Positions 41,263 through 51,504 are shown, counted from the first letter of the stretch. The stretch: DNA of 64,000 bases from Candidatus Tayloriibacteriota bacterium (GCA_943350765.1 CALRAJ010000001.1:16873-80872), one strand, 5' to 3'. Translations and numbers: made by a program. Notes: a model not told the origin generated them from the letters alone.

Positions 41263-43947
41263 ATGGCACTCCATAAAGATTTTCCTAAAGACCCATACGC
41301 AATCCTAGACCCGAACATTCGGTGGTTTCCTGCTGATGAAGACTTACGAGAGAAAGGTTTTGATAAGCTCATACCGCCCCTAGTAGCAACGCTAAGAAAG
41401 GAGGTGCAAGAATGGAGAAATAATAAATACGAGGGTGCGAGCGAGACATCCAAAGCACTTCTAGACTGGTGGTTCAAAGAGGAGCATATTATCTATAATA
41501 CAGACGGCTCATCCTATAATTTCCGATACTACTTTGCTCAGAGAGAAGCCCTAGAGACTGTTATTTGGCTCTACGAGGTCGCTGGGGTCAAAGATAAGTA
41601 CGATTTGATAAGATACAACTCTACTGGCGTACTAAGTCCTCAAATGTTCACTGAGGATTGGCTTAGATTCGTGATTAAAATGGCGACAGGGGCAGGTAAA
41701 ACAAAGGTAATGAGCTTAGTCGTTGCTTGGGCATATTTCCATAGGTTGTACGAAAAAGATTCGGGACTGGCTAAAAACTTTCTTTTGATTACGCCAAATG
41801 TCATTGTCTTTGAAAGAATTAAAAAAGATTTTGAAGGTAGTGGTAATATTTTTTTTACAGACCCAGTAATACCTGAAAATGGTTATCAAGGTCAAAACTG
41901 GAGAGATGATTTTCAAGTAACTTTACATCTGCAAGATGACCTACGAGCTATCTCTGATACAGGTAACATTTTTCTCACAAACATTCACCGAGTTTTTGAA
42001 AGTGATGTAAGTGAGGCGGGTGCGGAAGACGAGGACACTTCGGAGTATTTTCTTGGTGATAAGTCAGTAACTAAAACAAACGATTCAACTGTTGATTTAG
42101 GAATGATAATCAGAGACATAGAAGAGCTTGTTGTCATCAATGACGAAGCTCACCATATTCACGAAGAAAATGCGTGGTTGAAGTCCATCCGTGATATTGA
42201 TAACAAACTAAAACAAAAAGGTGGTCGGCTATCCTTGCAGTTGGATGTTACGGCTACTCCAAAGAAAAATGATGGCTCAATTTTTGTGCAGGTTATTTCT
42301 GACTTTCCACTTGTCGAAGCTATACACCAAAGAATAGTAAAAAATCCTGTGGTTCCCGATGAGGCAAGTAGAGGTAAATTAAAACCAAACCAAAGCACTT
42401 TATTCAGTGAAAAATACAGAGATTATATAAATCTTGGTATTGAGGAGTGGAGGAAGACATACAAGGAGCTTGAGCCGACTGGCAAGAAATCAATTCTTTT
42501 TATAATGACTGACGACACCAAGAATTGTGATGAAGTTGCCGAATACATAGAGACAAGTTTTGCTGATTTGAAAGGTGCAGTGCTAACGATTCACACAAAC
42601 AAAAGCGGAGAGATTTCAGAGACAGTTTCTGGTAAGAATAAGGATGAGCTTGATACCCTTAGAAAACAAGCGAATGACATAGATGGCTGGGGTAGTCCGT
42701 ATAAGGTCATAGTATCCGTTATGATGCTCAAAGAGGGCTGGGATGTTAAGAATGTGACGACTATAGTCGGTTTACGCCCCTACGCCTCAGATTCAAAGAT
42801 ATTGCCCGAGCAGACGCTTGGTAGAGGTTTGAGACGAATGTATTTCGGCAGGGACGACATTGATGAGTATGTGAGCGTCATCGGTACGCCTGCGTTTATG
42901 GACTTCGTTGAATCAATCAAAGGCGAGGGTGTATTACTTGAAAAACGACTTATGGGAAGTGGGTCCAAGCCAATTACTCCTATGGTTGTGGAGGTAGACA
43001 AAGACAATCCAAAGAAAGATATTGAGAAACTTGATATAGAAATCCCTGTAATGTCGCCGAGAATACAAAGGGAATATAAAAACCTTGCCGAGTTAGATGT
43101 GTCTAGGTTTGGTAATAAAAAAGTCGCAATCAAGACCTTCTCAGAGCAAGAAAAACGAGAGATTGTGTTTAAAGATGTAGTAGACGAGAAAGTGCATCAC
43201 ACCACCATACTTACTGGCGATATTGAGCCGAACTATCAAAGCGTGATAGGTTTCTTTGCACAGGCGATAATGCGAGAGCTACGGCTCTTTGGTTGCTACG
43301 ATATTCTCTTTGGCAAAGTGAAGGATTTTGTAGAGAATCAGATGTTTGATGGCTCGGTCAATCTTTCGGACATGAACCTACTCCGCAATCTATCAGAGAT
43401 AGAGTATATAAAACTTATTAAAGATGTTTTCAAGAAAGGCATCAATGAGCTTACGGTGGAAGACAAGGGAGATACTGAGATAAAAAACTATATAAAAATC
43501 AGTGAAGCGAGACCATTCGTGGTGAACGACAAATCTTTCTTAATACCGCAAAAATCTGTATTCAACAGAATCGTTGGCGACAGTGGTTTTGAGCTTGAGT
43601 TTTCTGCTTTCTTGGACAAGTGCGATGATGTCGTTTCTTTTGCTAAAAACTTTCAAAATAAAGAAGCGAACGCTCTCCGCATTGAGTATAAAAATGCGGA
43701 GGGTTTTATCGCTTACTATTACCCCGACTTCTTTGTGAAAGTTGACGACAAAAATATATTCATAATTGAAACCAAAGGCAGAGAGGAAGAAGACGACAAG
43801 CTCAAGTTTGATCGGTTGTTAAAATGGTGCGAAGATGTAAATAGCAGGCAGACCAAAATGATTTACAAAGCTCTGTATGTAAAACAGGAAATTTGGGATA
43901 AATATAAGACAAAAGACTTCAGGGAATTAATTTCGATATTTAAATAA
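41263..43947 (+). CDS. res: Type III R-M restriction subunit (Res), SF2 helicase plus nuclease
   Basis: KMATGAGKT, DEAHH, TATP, EGWDV, QTLGRGLR, C-terminal YPDF..IETKG. Confidence 0.92.
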   Translation: MALHKDFPKDPYAILDPNIRWFPADEDLREKGFDKLIPPLVATLRKEVQEWRNNKYEGASETSKALLDWWFKEEHIIYNTDGSSYNFRYYFAQREALETVIWLYEVAGVKDKYDLIRYNSTGVLSPQMFTEDWLRFVIKMATGAGKTKVMSLVVAWAYFHRLYEKDSGLAKNFLLITPNVIVFERIKKDFEGSGNIFFTDPVIPENGYQGQNWRDDFQVTLHLQDDLRAISDTGNIFLTNIHRVFESDVSEAGAEDEDTSEYFLGDKSVTKTNDSTVDLGMIIRDIEELVVINDEAHHIHEENAWLKSIRDIDNKLKQKGGRLSLQLDVTATPKKNDGSIFVQVISDFPLVEAIHQRIVKNPVVPDEASRGKLKPNQSTLFSEKYRDYINLGIEEWRKTYKELEPTGKKSILFIMTDDTKNCDEVAEYIETSFADLKGAVLTIHTNKSGEISETVSGKNKDELDTLRKQANDIDGWGSPYKVIVSVMMLKEGWDVKNVTTIVGLRPYASDSKILPEQTLGRGLRRMYFGRDDIDEYVSVIGTPAFMDFVESIKGEGVLLEKRLMGSGSKPITPMVVEVDKDNPKKDIEKLDIEIPVMSPRIQREYKNLAELDVSRFGNKKVAIKTFSEQEKREIVFKDVVDEKVHHTTILTGDIEPNYQSVIGFFAQAIMRELRLFGCYDILFGKVKDFVENQMFDGSVNLSDMNLLRNLSEIEYIKLIKDVFKKGINELTVEDKGDTEIKNYIKISEARPFVVNDKSFLIPQKSVFNRIVGDSGFELEFSAFLDKCDDVVSFAKNFQNKEANALRIEYKNAEGFIAYYYPDFFVKVDDKNIFIIETKGREEEDDKLKFDRLLKWCEDVNSRQTKMIYKALYVKQEIWDKYKTKDFRELISIFK

Positions 43948-43951
43948 AAAA

Positions 43952-45253
43952 ATGAAATCTATTTTAAAACAAATCATACCTAAGCAAATATTTTCTATTT
44001 ATCATTATATCTTGGCGGTCAGCTCATCTTTATATTACGGTGAACCATCAAAGAAGCTCATCATCATAGGTGTCACTGGTACAAAGGGTAAAACCTCAAC
44101 CGCCAATTTTATCTGGACAGCTCTAAATCAAAAATATAAAACAGGACTGATCAGTACTGCAAATATCCGTATCGGTGATCACCATGAGTTAAATAGCTAC
44201 CACATGACCATGCCCGGTCGTTTTACTATTCAAAGACTTATTAGAAAAATGGTAGGCGAAGGCTGTGTGTACTGTGTCGTCGAAACAACCTCTGAGGGTA
44301 TCAAGCAGTTTCGACACAAGGGTATTTATTACGATACTCTAGTATTTACCAATCTCACTCCAGAGCATTTACCCTCACATGAGGGAAGTTTTGAAAAATA
44401 TAAAGAGGCAAAGGGTACTATTTTCAGGGAACTTTCTACTAGACCTAAAAAAGTCATCGGCGGACAAGAAATCCCAACTAGCATTATCGTAAATGCTGAT
44501 AGCGAACACAAAGACTATTTTCTAAGCTTTGACGCCGATAGTAAGGTCACATACAGTATGAATAACCCAGCTGACTTTCAGGCAACAGGTACTTCTCACA
44601 GTCCAGAAGGCCCCTCATTTGCCCTAGGTAACGAGCGTTATCATCTTTCGATACTTGGTACTTTTAATATCTACAATGCCTTGCCAGCGGTTATAATCGC
44701 CAAAAATGCAGGTCTTGATTCTGAAGAAATTCAAGTTGGTTTGGACAAGCTCGTACTTATTCCTGGGAGAATGGAGCTGATTAGTGAGGGGCAGAAATAT
44801 ACAGTAATAGTAGACTATGCCCATGAAAAAGAAAGTATGACAGCCTTGCTTGCTACAGCTAGTTTGATAAGGGAAATGGGTAAAAAAATTATTATTGTTC
44901 TCGGAGCTGAGGGTGGAGGGCGTGATAAGACAAAGAGATCTGCAATGGGAACTATTGTCGGAAAGGAAGCAGACTTTGTGATCGTGACAACAGTTGATCC
45001 GTATGACGATGATCCAATGGAAATAATCGAGGATATAGCAGTGGTAGCCGAGCAAATGGGCAAAGTTCGAGAGAAAAATCTATTCCCCATACTAGACAGA
45101 GAACAAGGGATTGTAAAAGCACTTTCACTTGCTCAGGAAGGCGATATTGTACTCATTACAGGCAAAGGTGCCGAGCAGTCTATGGTTACAAATGCTGGTA
45201 CTATTCTGTGGGATGATAGGGAGGTGGTGAGGCATTTATTGAAGTTGAAATGA
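43952..45253 (+). CDS. murE: UDP-MurNAc-tripeptide synthetase (MurE)
   Basis: GVTGTKGKTST, FTNLTPEHL, PGRME, VDYAH, ITGKG. Confidence 0.9.
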   Translation: MKSILKQIIPKQIFSIYHYILAVSSSLYYGEPSKKLIIIGVTGTKGKTSTANFIWTALNQKYKTGLISTANIRIGDHHELNSYHMTMPGRFTIQRLIRKMVGEGCVYCVVETTSEGIKQFRHKGIYYDTLVFTNLTPEHLPSHEGSFEKYKEAKGTIFRELSTRPKKVIGGQEIPTSIIVNADSEHKDYFLSFDADSKVTYSMNNPADFQATGTSHSPEGPSFALGNERYHLSILGTFNIYNALPAVIIAKNAGLDSEEIQVGLDKLVLIPGRMELISEGQKYTVIVDYAHEKESMTALLATASLIREMGKKIIIVLGAEGGGRDKTKRSAMGTIVGKEADFVIVTTVDPYDDDPMEIIEDIAVVAEQMGKVREKNLFPILDREQGIVKALSLAQEGDIVLITGKGAEQSMVTNAGTILWDDREVVRHLLKLK

Positions 45254-45349
45254 GGGTAACTCGATAGCTAAAATTACATACCCAGAATTACGAAAGAGTA
45301 AGACCCGCGGCGAGTACGCCGCGGGCGGAACCGAGCATAAATCCATTCG

Positions 45350-45497
45350 ATGGCTCAGTGCTTTTGTATAAAAACCACTGAGCCATTACTATTTTTATAC
45401 CAAAAATAGGTTAAAAATAGTATAAAAAGCAAAAATCAAATATGGCTCTGTATAGCCATACTCAAAGGCTAAACGCTAGCGTTTAGCCTTTGAGTAT
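45350..45497. repeat. Palindrome cluster (D-C-B)
   Basis: D 45350-45386; ggct-ctgtat-agcc-atactcaaa-ggct-aaacgctagcgttt-agcc 45444-45488. Confidence 0.9.
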
Positions 45498-45508
45498 TTG
45501 TGGCATAA

Positions 45509-45540
45509 AGTCAAAACCGCCTGATAAGGCGGTTTTGACT
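45509..45540. terminator. Probable bidirectional terminator
   Basis: agtcaaaaccgcc-tgataa-ggcggttttgact between convergent genes. Confidence 0.7.
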
Positions 45541-45585
45541 AGAACATTCAGAAAACAAAATTCGCAGACATATTACTGCTGTTGC

Positions 45586-45812
45586 TTTTATTGCAATTGT
45601 GGAGAATTCCCCGACGGCTTGCCGCGGGGATGAATCCGCAAGAATGAGGATGAGGCTGGCGGAGCCGACACTTCTGCATCCGCTCAATTCCGATTGAGCG
45701 AGCAGTAGTCGTATGACTACAACAAAGTTTACCCTGTCGTCTCGCCTAATACCCCGCCGAGGTACTCCGAGGGGATAGCTTGCTACGGGTATAGGACGAG
45801 ACTAAACTTTAT
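45586..45812 (-). mobile_element. Family G element, copy G2
   Basis: Reverse complement of 18687-18945 without an internal inverted duplication. Confidence 0.75.
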
Positions 45813-46186
45813 GCTATTGGCGAAGCCTCATCTTTTGAAGACGCAAATCCGAGTGCAAGAATCACCACTCCCAGTACTACATGGAGCCAGTTGTCAGCAC
45901 CATTTACCTCAATAAATCCAAGGAGTGGGCTAGTCATAACAAAACCGAGAAGAGCGACCAGTAGATACACCACACCGACCACCTTTAAGACAAGTGCCGC
46001 CTTATCTACCGCAAATAAAGCTACTGCAAGTAGGACAAGACCTACGATCAAATGGACTAGGTCATGGGCAGTATTTGTGTGAAATAATGCTCCAGTATCG
46101 CTTCCGACTATTGGAGTACCAATCATTCCCAATACCGCAACTAAAACAAACACTACACCCAATACAAGACTTGTTGTTTTTGCCAT
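45809..46186 (-). CDS. DUF4383-like membrane protein
   Basis: N.AHDLVHL..G and N.ADNWLH motifs, four TM helices. Confidence 0.82.
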   Translation of the reverse strand: MAKTTSLVLGVVFVLVAVLGMIGTPIVGSDTGALFHTNTAHDLVHLIVGLVLLAVALFAVDKAALVLKVVGVVYLLVALLGFVMTSPLLGFIEVNGADNWLHVVLGVVILALGFASSKDEASPIA

Positions 46187-46326
46187 ATATTTTATGTATT
46201 AAAATTAAATTATTATACTATTAAGCAAAGTACCGACCATTCTTAATACTAAATTATATACCTCAATATCATAAAAATATATACCGAATGTGGATAACTT
46301 AAATGAGTATCTGCTATAATGTGGTT

Positions 46327-46571
46327 TACTCCAAATTACAAAATGCGTTGAAGGCGTATCTTTTAAATGGACTTTCACATCAGTTAGATGATGTGTTCCT
46401 GTAGACGGCGCAAGGTGGGTAACCGAGACTTGAGAGATTTTCTAGCAAGAAAATACTCGTGCCCCGTCTACAGGTGGTCTATTAGTTAGGAATAGACATC
46501 TGTGGACGATCTATCCCTAACCGATAGACCTTTAAAAGATATGCTGAGAAAGCAATTTGTAATTTGGGGTA
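46327..46571 (+). repeat. Family A structured element, full-length copy A6
   Basis: Nearly identical to 20770-21014; ends 6 nt before the zwf ATG. Confidence 0.95.
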
Positions 46572-46577
46572 AATTAA

Positions 46578-47999
46578 ATGGAAAAAGCTATATTTACTGA
46601 TTCGGGGCAAGTTACTCCGACTATATTTATCATCTGTGGTGTTACAGGTGATCTGGCTCAGCGAAAGTTACTGCCTGCACTACTTAGCTTGTATGTAAAA
46701 AAGCTATTACCTCACAAATTTAAAATTGTGGGTTTTTCAAGGCGGGAATTTTCTGATCAGGACTTTAGGCTTTTTTTACGCGAAGAAATGCATATAAATC
46801 ATAATGTATACCGACCTGAGGACATACATCGTTTTTTAAACAACATTGTTTATCAGCAGGGGCAGTTTGATATCTCTACCGCGTATGAAAATCTGGCAAA
46901 GAAACTTCTACATATTGATGAGGTAGAATTTAAACAATGCTCAAATAAATTATTTCATCTTTCGGTGGCACCTTCATTCTATGAGACTATTTTGGGTCAT
47001 CTTTCAAATTCGGGACTTACTATTCCTTGTGGTGGTAATCTCGGCTGGACTCGGATACTCGTGGAAAAGCCATTTGGCAATGATATAGAAACAGCAAAAA
47101 AGCTCGACATTTTGCTAGGGACTCTTTTTAAGGAGGAGCAAATCTTTCGCATCGATCATTACTTTGCAAAAGAAGCACTTCAAAATATCTTAGCTTTCCG
47201 TTTCTCAAATTCACTTTTTGAGCCTTTATGGAACAACAAATACATTGATTGTGTGCATATACAGCTACTTGAAAAAATAGGTATCGAGGGTCGAGGTACC
47301 TTTTACGATAGTGTCGGTGCATTGAAGGATGTTGGTCAAAATCACATTCTTGCGATGCTTGCACTACTTGCTATGGATAAGCCCGATGCTTTTGACGCAC
47401 AAAGCATTAGAAAAAAGAGGGCAAATGTTTTAAAAAATCTACTACCTATTAATAAAAATATATGTGATTCCGTTGTCCGCGCCCAATATATCGGATATTC
47501 TGAGGAGTCAGGTGTTTTGGCTAATTCGACGACTGAAACATATTTTCAGCTCAAAACTTTTATTGATACAAAAGTTTGGAAAGGAGTACCATTTTATCTT
47601 GAAAGTGGCAAAGCATTAAATGAAAATAGGGCTGAAATCTCTATTTATTTTAAAGATACTACAGGCAAGGATAAGACAAATGTGCTTTCTCTTAGAATCC
47701 AACCAGATGAAGCAATCAAGATTCGTTTTTGGATAAAAAAGCCCGGTTTTGATATGGAAACAGAGGCGAAAACCTTATCATTTCACTACAAAGATTTTCA
47801 TAGTACCGACTCAATCCCCGATGCCTATGAGAGGGTGCTGTACGATGCTATTATCGGAGACCAAACACTTTTCACTAGCACAGACGAGGTAAAGTACGCG
47901 TGGAGGTTCATCACACCCATTATTGATATGTGGAAGACAACACCTCTATATAAATATAAAAAAGGTAGTCGTGGTCCAGATAGTACCGATCAATCATGA
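46578..47999 (+). CDS. zwf: Glucose-6-phosphate 1-dehydrogenase
   Basis: GVTGDLA, EKPFG, RIDHYFAKE, DVGQNH, WKGVPFY, AYERVL. Confidence 0.96.
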   Translation: MEKAIFTDSGQVTPTIFIICGVTGDLAQRKLLPALLSLYVKKLLPHKFKIVGFSRREFSDQDFRLFLREEMHINHNVYRPEDIHRFLNNIVYQQGQFDISTAYENLAKKLLHIDEVEFKQCSNKLFHLSVAPSFYETILGHLSNSGLTIPCGGNLGWTRILVEKPFGNDIETAKKLDILLGTLFKEEQIFRIDHYFAKEALQNILAFRFSNSLFEPLWNNKYIDCVHIQLLEKIGIEGRGTFYDSVGALKDVGQNHILAMLALLAMDKPDAFDAQSIRKKRANVLKNLLPINKNICDSVVRAQYIGYSEESGVLANSTTETYFQLKTFIDTKVWKGVPFYLESGKALNENRAEISIYFKDTTGKDKTNVLSLRIQPDEAIKIRFWIKKPGFDMETEAKTLSFHYKDFHSTDSIPDAYERVLYDAIIGDQTLFTSTDEVKYAWRFITPIIDMWKTTPLYKYKKGSRGPDSTDQS

Positions 48000-49090
48000 A
48001 AAATCAAAAAATAGATAAAGTTTTTTTGTTTAGTGTAATTTTCCTAACAGTTGGAGGGTTTTTTATTTTTAGTTCAGCGTCTCTGGGTTTATTGGCTAGA
48101 AGTGGAACACAATTTGATTCGATTGCCCTGACACAAGGATTGGGTTTGATTCTAGGGTTTATTGGCATGGCTTTTACAGCACATCTTGACTACAATATCT
48201 GGCGCAAATACGCTTTCTACATATTTCTTGCATCAATAATTTTAAATATAATTATTTTTATTCCAGGACTTGGTATTGAGCATGGTGGCGCAAAAAGATG
48301 GTTGGATATAGGACCGATCTCATTACAGCCGTCCGAGTTTTTAAAAATTGGCTTCATTATATATTTTGCTGCCTGGCTATCTGGAGTAAAAGACAAAATA
48401 TCCCTATTTCGATATAGCCTTTTACCACTTCTCGTAATCGTCGCCATTCTCGGTCCAATTTTATATTTACAAACAGATACTAAAACACTGGTAATCATTT
48501 TTATGGCTGGTATCGCTATGTTACTGGTCGGGGGTGCACAGTGGAAACATATTGCGATTCTGGGTCTAGTTTCTATAATGGCTATCAGTGCCTTGGCATA
48601 CACTCGACCATATATAAAAGAGAGGTTGTTTACTTTTGTAAATCCAGCGAGTAACCCACAAGGTTCTGGGTATCAAATACAGCAGTCTTTGATCGCTATT
48701 GGCTCAGGTCAAATGTTCGGTAGAGGGTTTGGTCAGAGTGTTCAAAAATTCAATTTTCTACCTGAGCCTATTGGAGATTCTATTTTTGCAGTACAGGCTG
48801 AGGAGTTTGGTTTTGCTGGAAGTGTTACTCTCATTTTTGTATTTCTATTCTTTGGTTTTAGGGCGCTCCGAATAGCCTCAAAAAGCACCAACCAATTTGG
48901 TGGACTATTGGTCGTGGGAATTGTTATACTAGTGTTATCGGAGTCTTTTATGAACATTGCTTCGATGCTCGGTGTGATACCGCTTTCTGGAATGCCTTTA
49001 CTTTTTGTTAGTCATGGAGGTACAGCACTCCTACTAGTATTGGCAGAAGTAGGTATGATTTTGAATGTTTCCAAATATCAAAAAAAGTAA
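47996..49090 (+). CDS. ftsW: SEDS-family protein FtsW
   Basis: GAKRWL, QPSEFLK, GYQIQQSLIAIGSG, LPEP, SHGG; upstream of murG. Confidence 0.92.
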   Translation: MKNQKIDKVFLFSVIFLTVGGFFIFSSASLGLLARSGTQFDSIALTQGLGLILGFIGMAFTAHLDYNIWRKYAFYIFLASIILNIIIFIPGLGIEHGGAKRWLDIGPISLQPSEFLKIGFIIYFAAWLSGVKDKISLFRYSLLPLLVIVAILGPILYLQTDTKTLVIIFMAGIAMLLVGGAQWKHIAILGLVSIMAISALAYTRPYIKERLFTFVNPASNPQGSGYQIQQSLIAIGSGQMFGRGFGQSVQKFNFLPEPIGDSIFAVQAEEFGFAGSVTLIFVFLFFGFRALRIASKSTNQFGGLLVVGIVILVLSESFMNIASMLGVIPLSGMPLLFVSHGGTALLLVLAEVGMILNVSKYQKK

Positions 49091-49094
49091 AATT

Positions 49095-50222
49095 ATGAAA
49101 ATACTATTAACAGGTGGTGGTACGGGTGGACACTTTTATCCAATAATTGCTATTGCATCGGCTATCCGTGAGGTCGCTCGAGCTGAAAAAGTGATTGCCC
49201 CACAGATATATTATATGGCTGAGACTCAGTATGATAGCCGTGTACTTTTTGATAATGAAATTACATTCATACCTATTTCTGCTGGAAAGATGCGTAATTA
49301 TTTTTCAATATTAAATTTCTTCGATCTATTTAAAACTATTTGGGGAACCATCAAGGCGACTATTGATATGTTTAGTATTTACCCTGATGTTGTTTTTGGA
49401 AAAGGTGGATATGTCAGTTTTCCCGCACTTTTTGCTGCGAGGATTTTACGTATTCCAGTAATTATTCACGAGTCAGATAGTGTACCTGGTAGAGTAAACA
49501 AGTGGGCAGGTAAGTTTGCTCAGAAAATCGCTGTTTCATTTAAAGATGCTGCCGATGAATTCCCAGCAGAAAAGGTGGCTTTTACGGGCAACCCTATTCG
49601 GCATGAGTTACTCACACCCCTTAAAAATGGCGCGCATGAATTTTTAAAGCTCGATCCCAATATACCCACCATCTTAATCATTGGCGGTTCGCAGGGTTCA
49701 CGAGTGATCAACGACACTATTTTAGATATTGTGCCTAACCTTGTCGAAAAGTATCAGATAATCCATCAGACGGGTAAAGATAATTTCGCAGATGTTTCTG
49801 GTCGCTCACAAATAATTTTACAGAAAAACCCAGAGAAGGATCGTTATCATCCGTACGATTATTTAAATGTCTTAGCTTTGCGTATGGTCGCAGGTGTGGC
49901 GGATCTGGCTATATCTCGTGCAGGGTCTACTATATTTGAAATCGCTTGTTGGGGTATGCCAGCTATTCTAATACCCATTGAAAATTCTCATGGCGATCAT
50001 CAGCTAAAAAATGCTTTTAATTATGCACGGGAAGGTGGGGCGGTGGTAATAGAGGAGGGCAATCTCACTCCACATGTACTACTCGGAGAGATAAATAGAC
50101 TAATGGAAAGCAAGGAGATTCGTTTAAAAATGTCCCAATCTGCCAAGGCTTTTGCACGCACTGATTCGGTGACTGTTATTGCAAAAGAGATACTCTCTAT
50201 TGCTTTGAGGCACGAAAATTGA
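49095..50222 (+). CDS. murG: MurG glycosyltransferase
   Basis: TGGGTGGHFYP, KGGYVS, HESD, TGNPIR, GGSQGS, SRAG, HQLKNA. Confidence 0.96.
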   Translation: MKILLTGGGTGGHFYPIIAIASAIREVARAEKVIAPQIYYMAETQYDSRVLFDNEITFIPISAGKMRNYFSILNFFDLFKTIWGTIKATIDMFSIYPDVVFGKGGYVSFPALFAARILRIPVIIHESDSVPGRVNKWAGKFAQKIAVSFKDAADEFPAEKVAFTGNPIRHELLTPLKNGAHEFLKLDPNIPTILIIGGSQGSRVINDTILDIVPNLVEKYQIIHQTGKDNFADVSGRSQIILQKNPEKDRYHPYDYLNVLALRMVAGVADLAISRAGSTIFEIACWGMPAILIPIENSHGDHQLKNAFNYAREGGAVVIEEGNLTPHVLLGEINRLMESKEIRLKMSQSAKAFARTDSVTVIAKEILSIALRHEN

Positions 50223-50282
50223 TTGTATGCTATACTATATGCAGTTGGGCTTAATTATTAATTATTTTATAATATAAAATAT

Positions 50283-50795
50283 ATGGAGCAAAATACACAA
50301 GGATCACCGTTTGGAGAGGACAATAAGTCATATTATGTTTGGATTATAGCGATAGTTATCATTATTTTACTTGGCTTTTTTGGTTATAAGATGTATACAA
50401 AAAACAGCACTCCGACAGATGGAGACGACTCTGGCTATGGTCAAAATGGTGGTGTAAATGACGGCACTTCAAAGCCTACAGGTGATATTGAGGTGAGTAA
50501 TCAGATCCCTGGCAATACTGTCTATTTGACATCAGTTACTCTTTCACACCCAGGTTTTGTCGCAGTTTCGATCACCAAGGGTTCGAGTGCTGGAAAGGTT
50601 ATTGGTTCAAAGGCTTTTTCAAAGGGTACAAATCCAGGTCAAGTTTCAGTCTCAGAAAAAACGGTAGAAGGTGAGATATACACGGCTAGTCTCTATGCTG
50701 ATGATGGCGATGGAGTATTTAACGCCACAAAAGACATGTTTATCGTTGAAAAGACATTCCGTGCTACCAAGTACTTGGATTATATAAAGGGGTAA
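50283..50795 (+). CDS. Hypothetical membrane-anchored extracytoplasmic protein
   Basis: N-terminal TM helix, beta-rich domain, DDGDGVF loop. Confidence 0.75.
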   Translation: MEQNTQGSPFGEDNKSYYVWIIAIVIIILLGFFGYKMYTKNSTPTDGDDSGYGQNGGVNDGTSKPTGDIEVSNQIPGNTVYLTSVTLSHPGFVAVSITKGSSAGKVIGSKAFSKGTNPGQVSVSEKTVEGEIYTASLYADDGDGVFNATKDMFIVEKTFRATKYLDYIKG

Positions 50796-50838
50796 TAATA
50801 GGGGTAGGTAGATATCAGATTTGAGAAGGATAAACGGT

Positions 50839-50960
50839 CAACGGCTCAATGGTTTAATAATAAAACCATTGAGCCGTTGTCGTGTTTTAGTCTAAACAAG
50901 CTAAAATCTAAACGGCTCTATATAGCCATTTTAATCGGCTAAACACGGGGTTTAGCCGAT
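50839..50960. repeat. Palindrome cluster (D-C-B)
   Basis: D 50839-50879; ggct-ctatat-agcc-attttaatc-ggct-aaacacggggttt-agcc 50914-50957. Confidence 0.9.
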
Positions 50961-50985
50961 GGACTATATGTACCACAATTACAAT

Positions 50986-51011
50986 AAAAATCCCGACTGA
51001 TGTGTCGGGGG
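50986..51011 (-). terminator. Intrinsic terminator, minus strand
   Basis: aaaaa-tcccgac-tgatgt-gtcgggg. Confidence 0.65.
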
Positions 51012-51030
51012 TGCGGTCTTGCAGTGGGGA

Positions 51031-51393
51031 TTACTGAGGGAACATATCCACCACAACCATATCTTTCCTCATGGATAGGCGGTGTTTGGGAATGTCTGGA
51101 AACTCATCATGGAGGCGAGCTCTGGCTACGCCAAGGGTCTTTAGCAGAAATATGTCGAGTTGTGCCAACTCCGTTTCCAGCTGATGAATCACAGTGTCAC
51201 TAAGTCCTACAGTGAATCTAATTCTGTCGGTAGCAAAATCCTGATAGAACCTCCACAACAGAATCAACATTTTGTTGGTGGTTGTGCCAAGTATTTCTTC
51301 ATGTGGTTGGGGTTTGAGCATTAGCGGATTTGCTAGAACATTGTGATGACCCAGTAAAATCCTTTGGGGTTTATTCCAATTAATTTTTTCCAT
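51031..51393 (-). CDS. Hypothetical protein (120 aa)
   Basis: Own TTGACA-17-TATTAT promoter (minus, ~51422-51450) and terminator. Confidence 0.6.
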   Translation of the reverse strand: MEKINWNKPQRILLGHHNVLANPLMLKPQPHEEILGTTTNKMLILLWRFYQDFATDRIRFTVGLSDTVIHQLETELAQLDIFLLKTLGVARARLHDEFPDIPKHRLSMRKDMVVVDMFPQ

Positions 51394-51504
51394 AATTCTA
51401 TAATTTGTACGATCCGCTAGTATAATAACTGATAACTCTATGAGTGTCAAGTATTTTCGATATTTTGTTTGCGAAATGATCTATTTCAGTGCTACACTTG
51501 CTTG

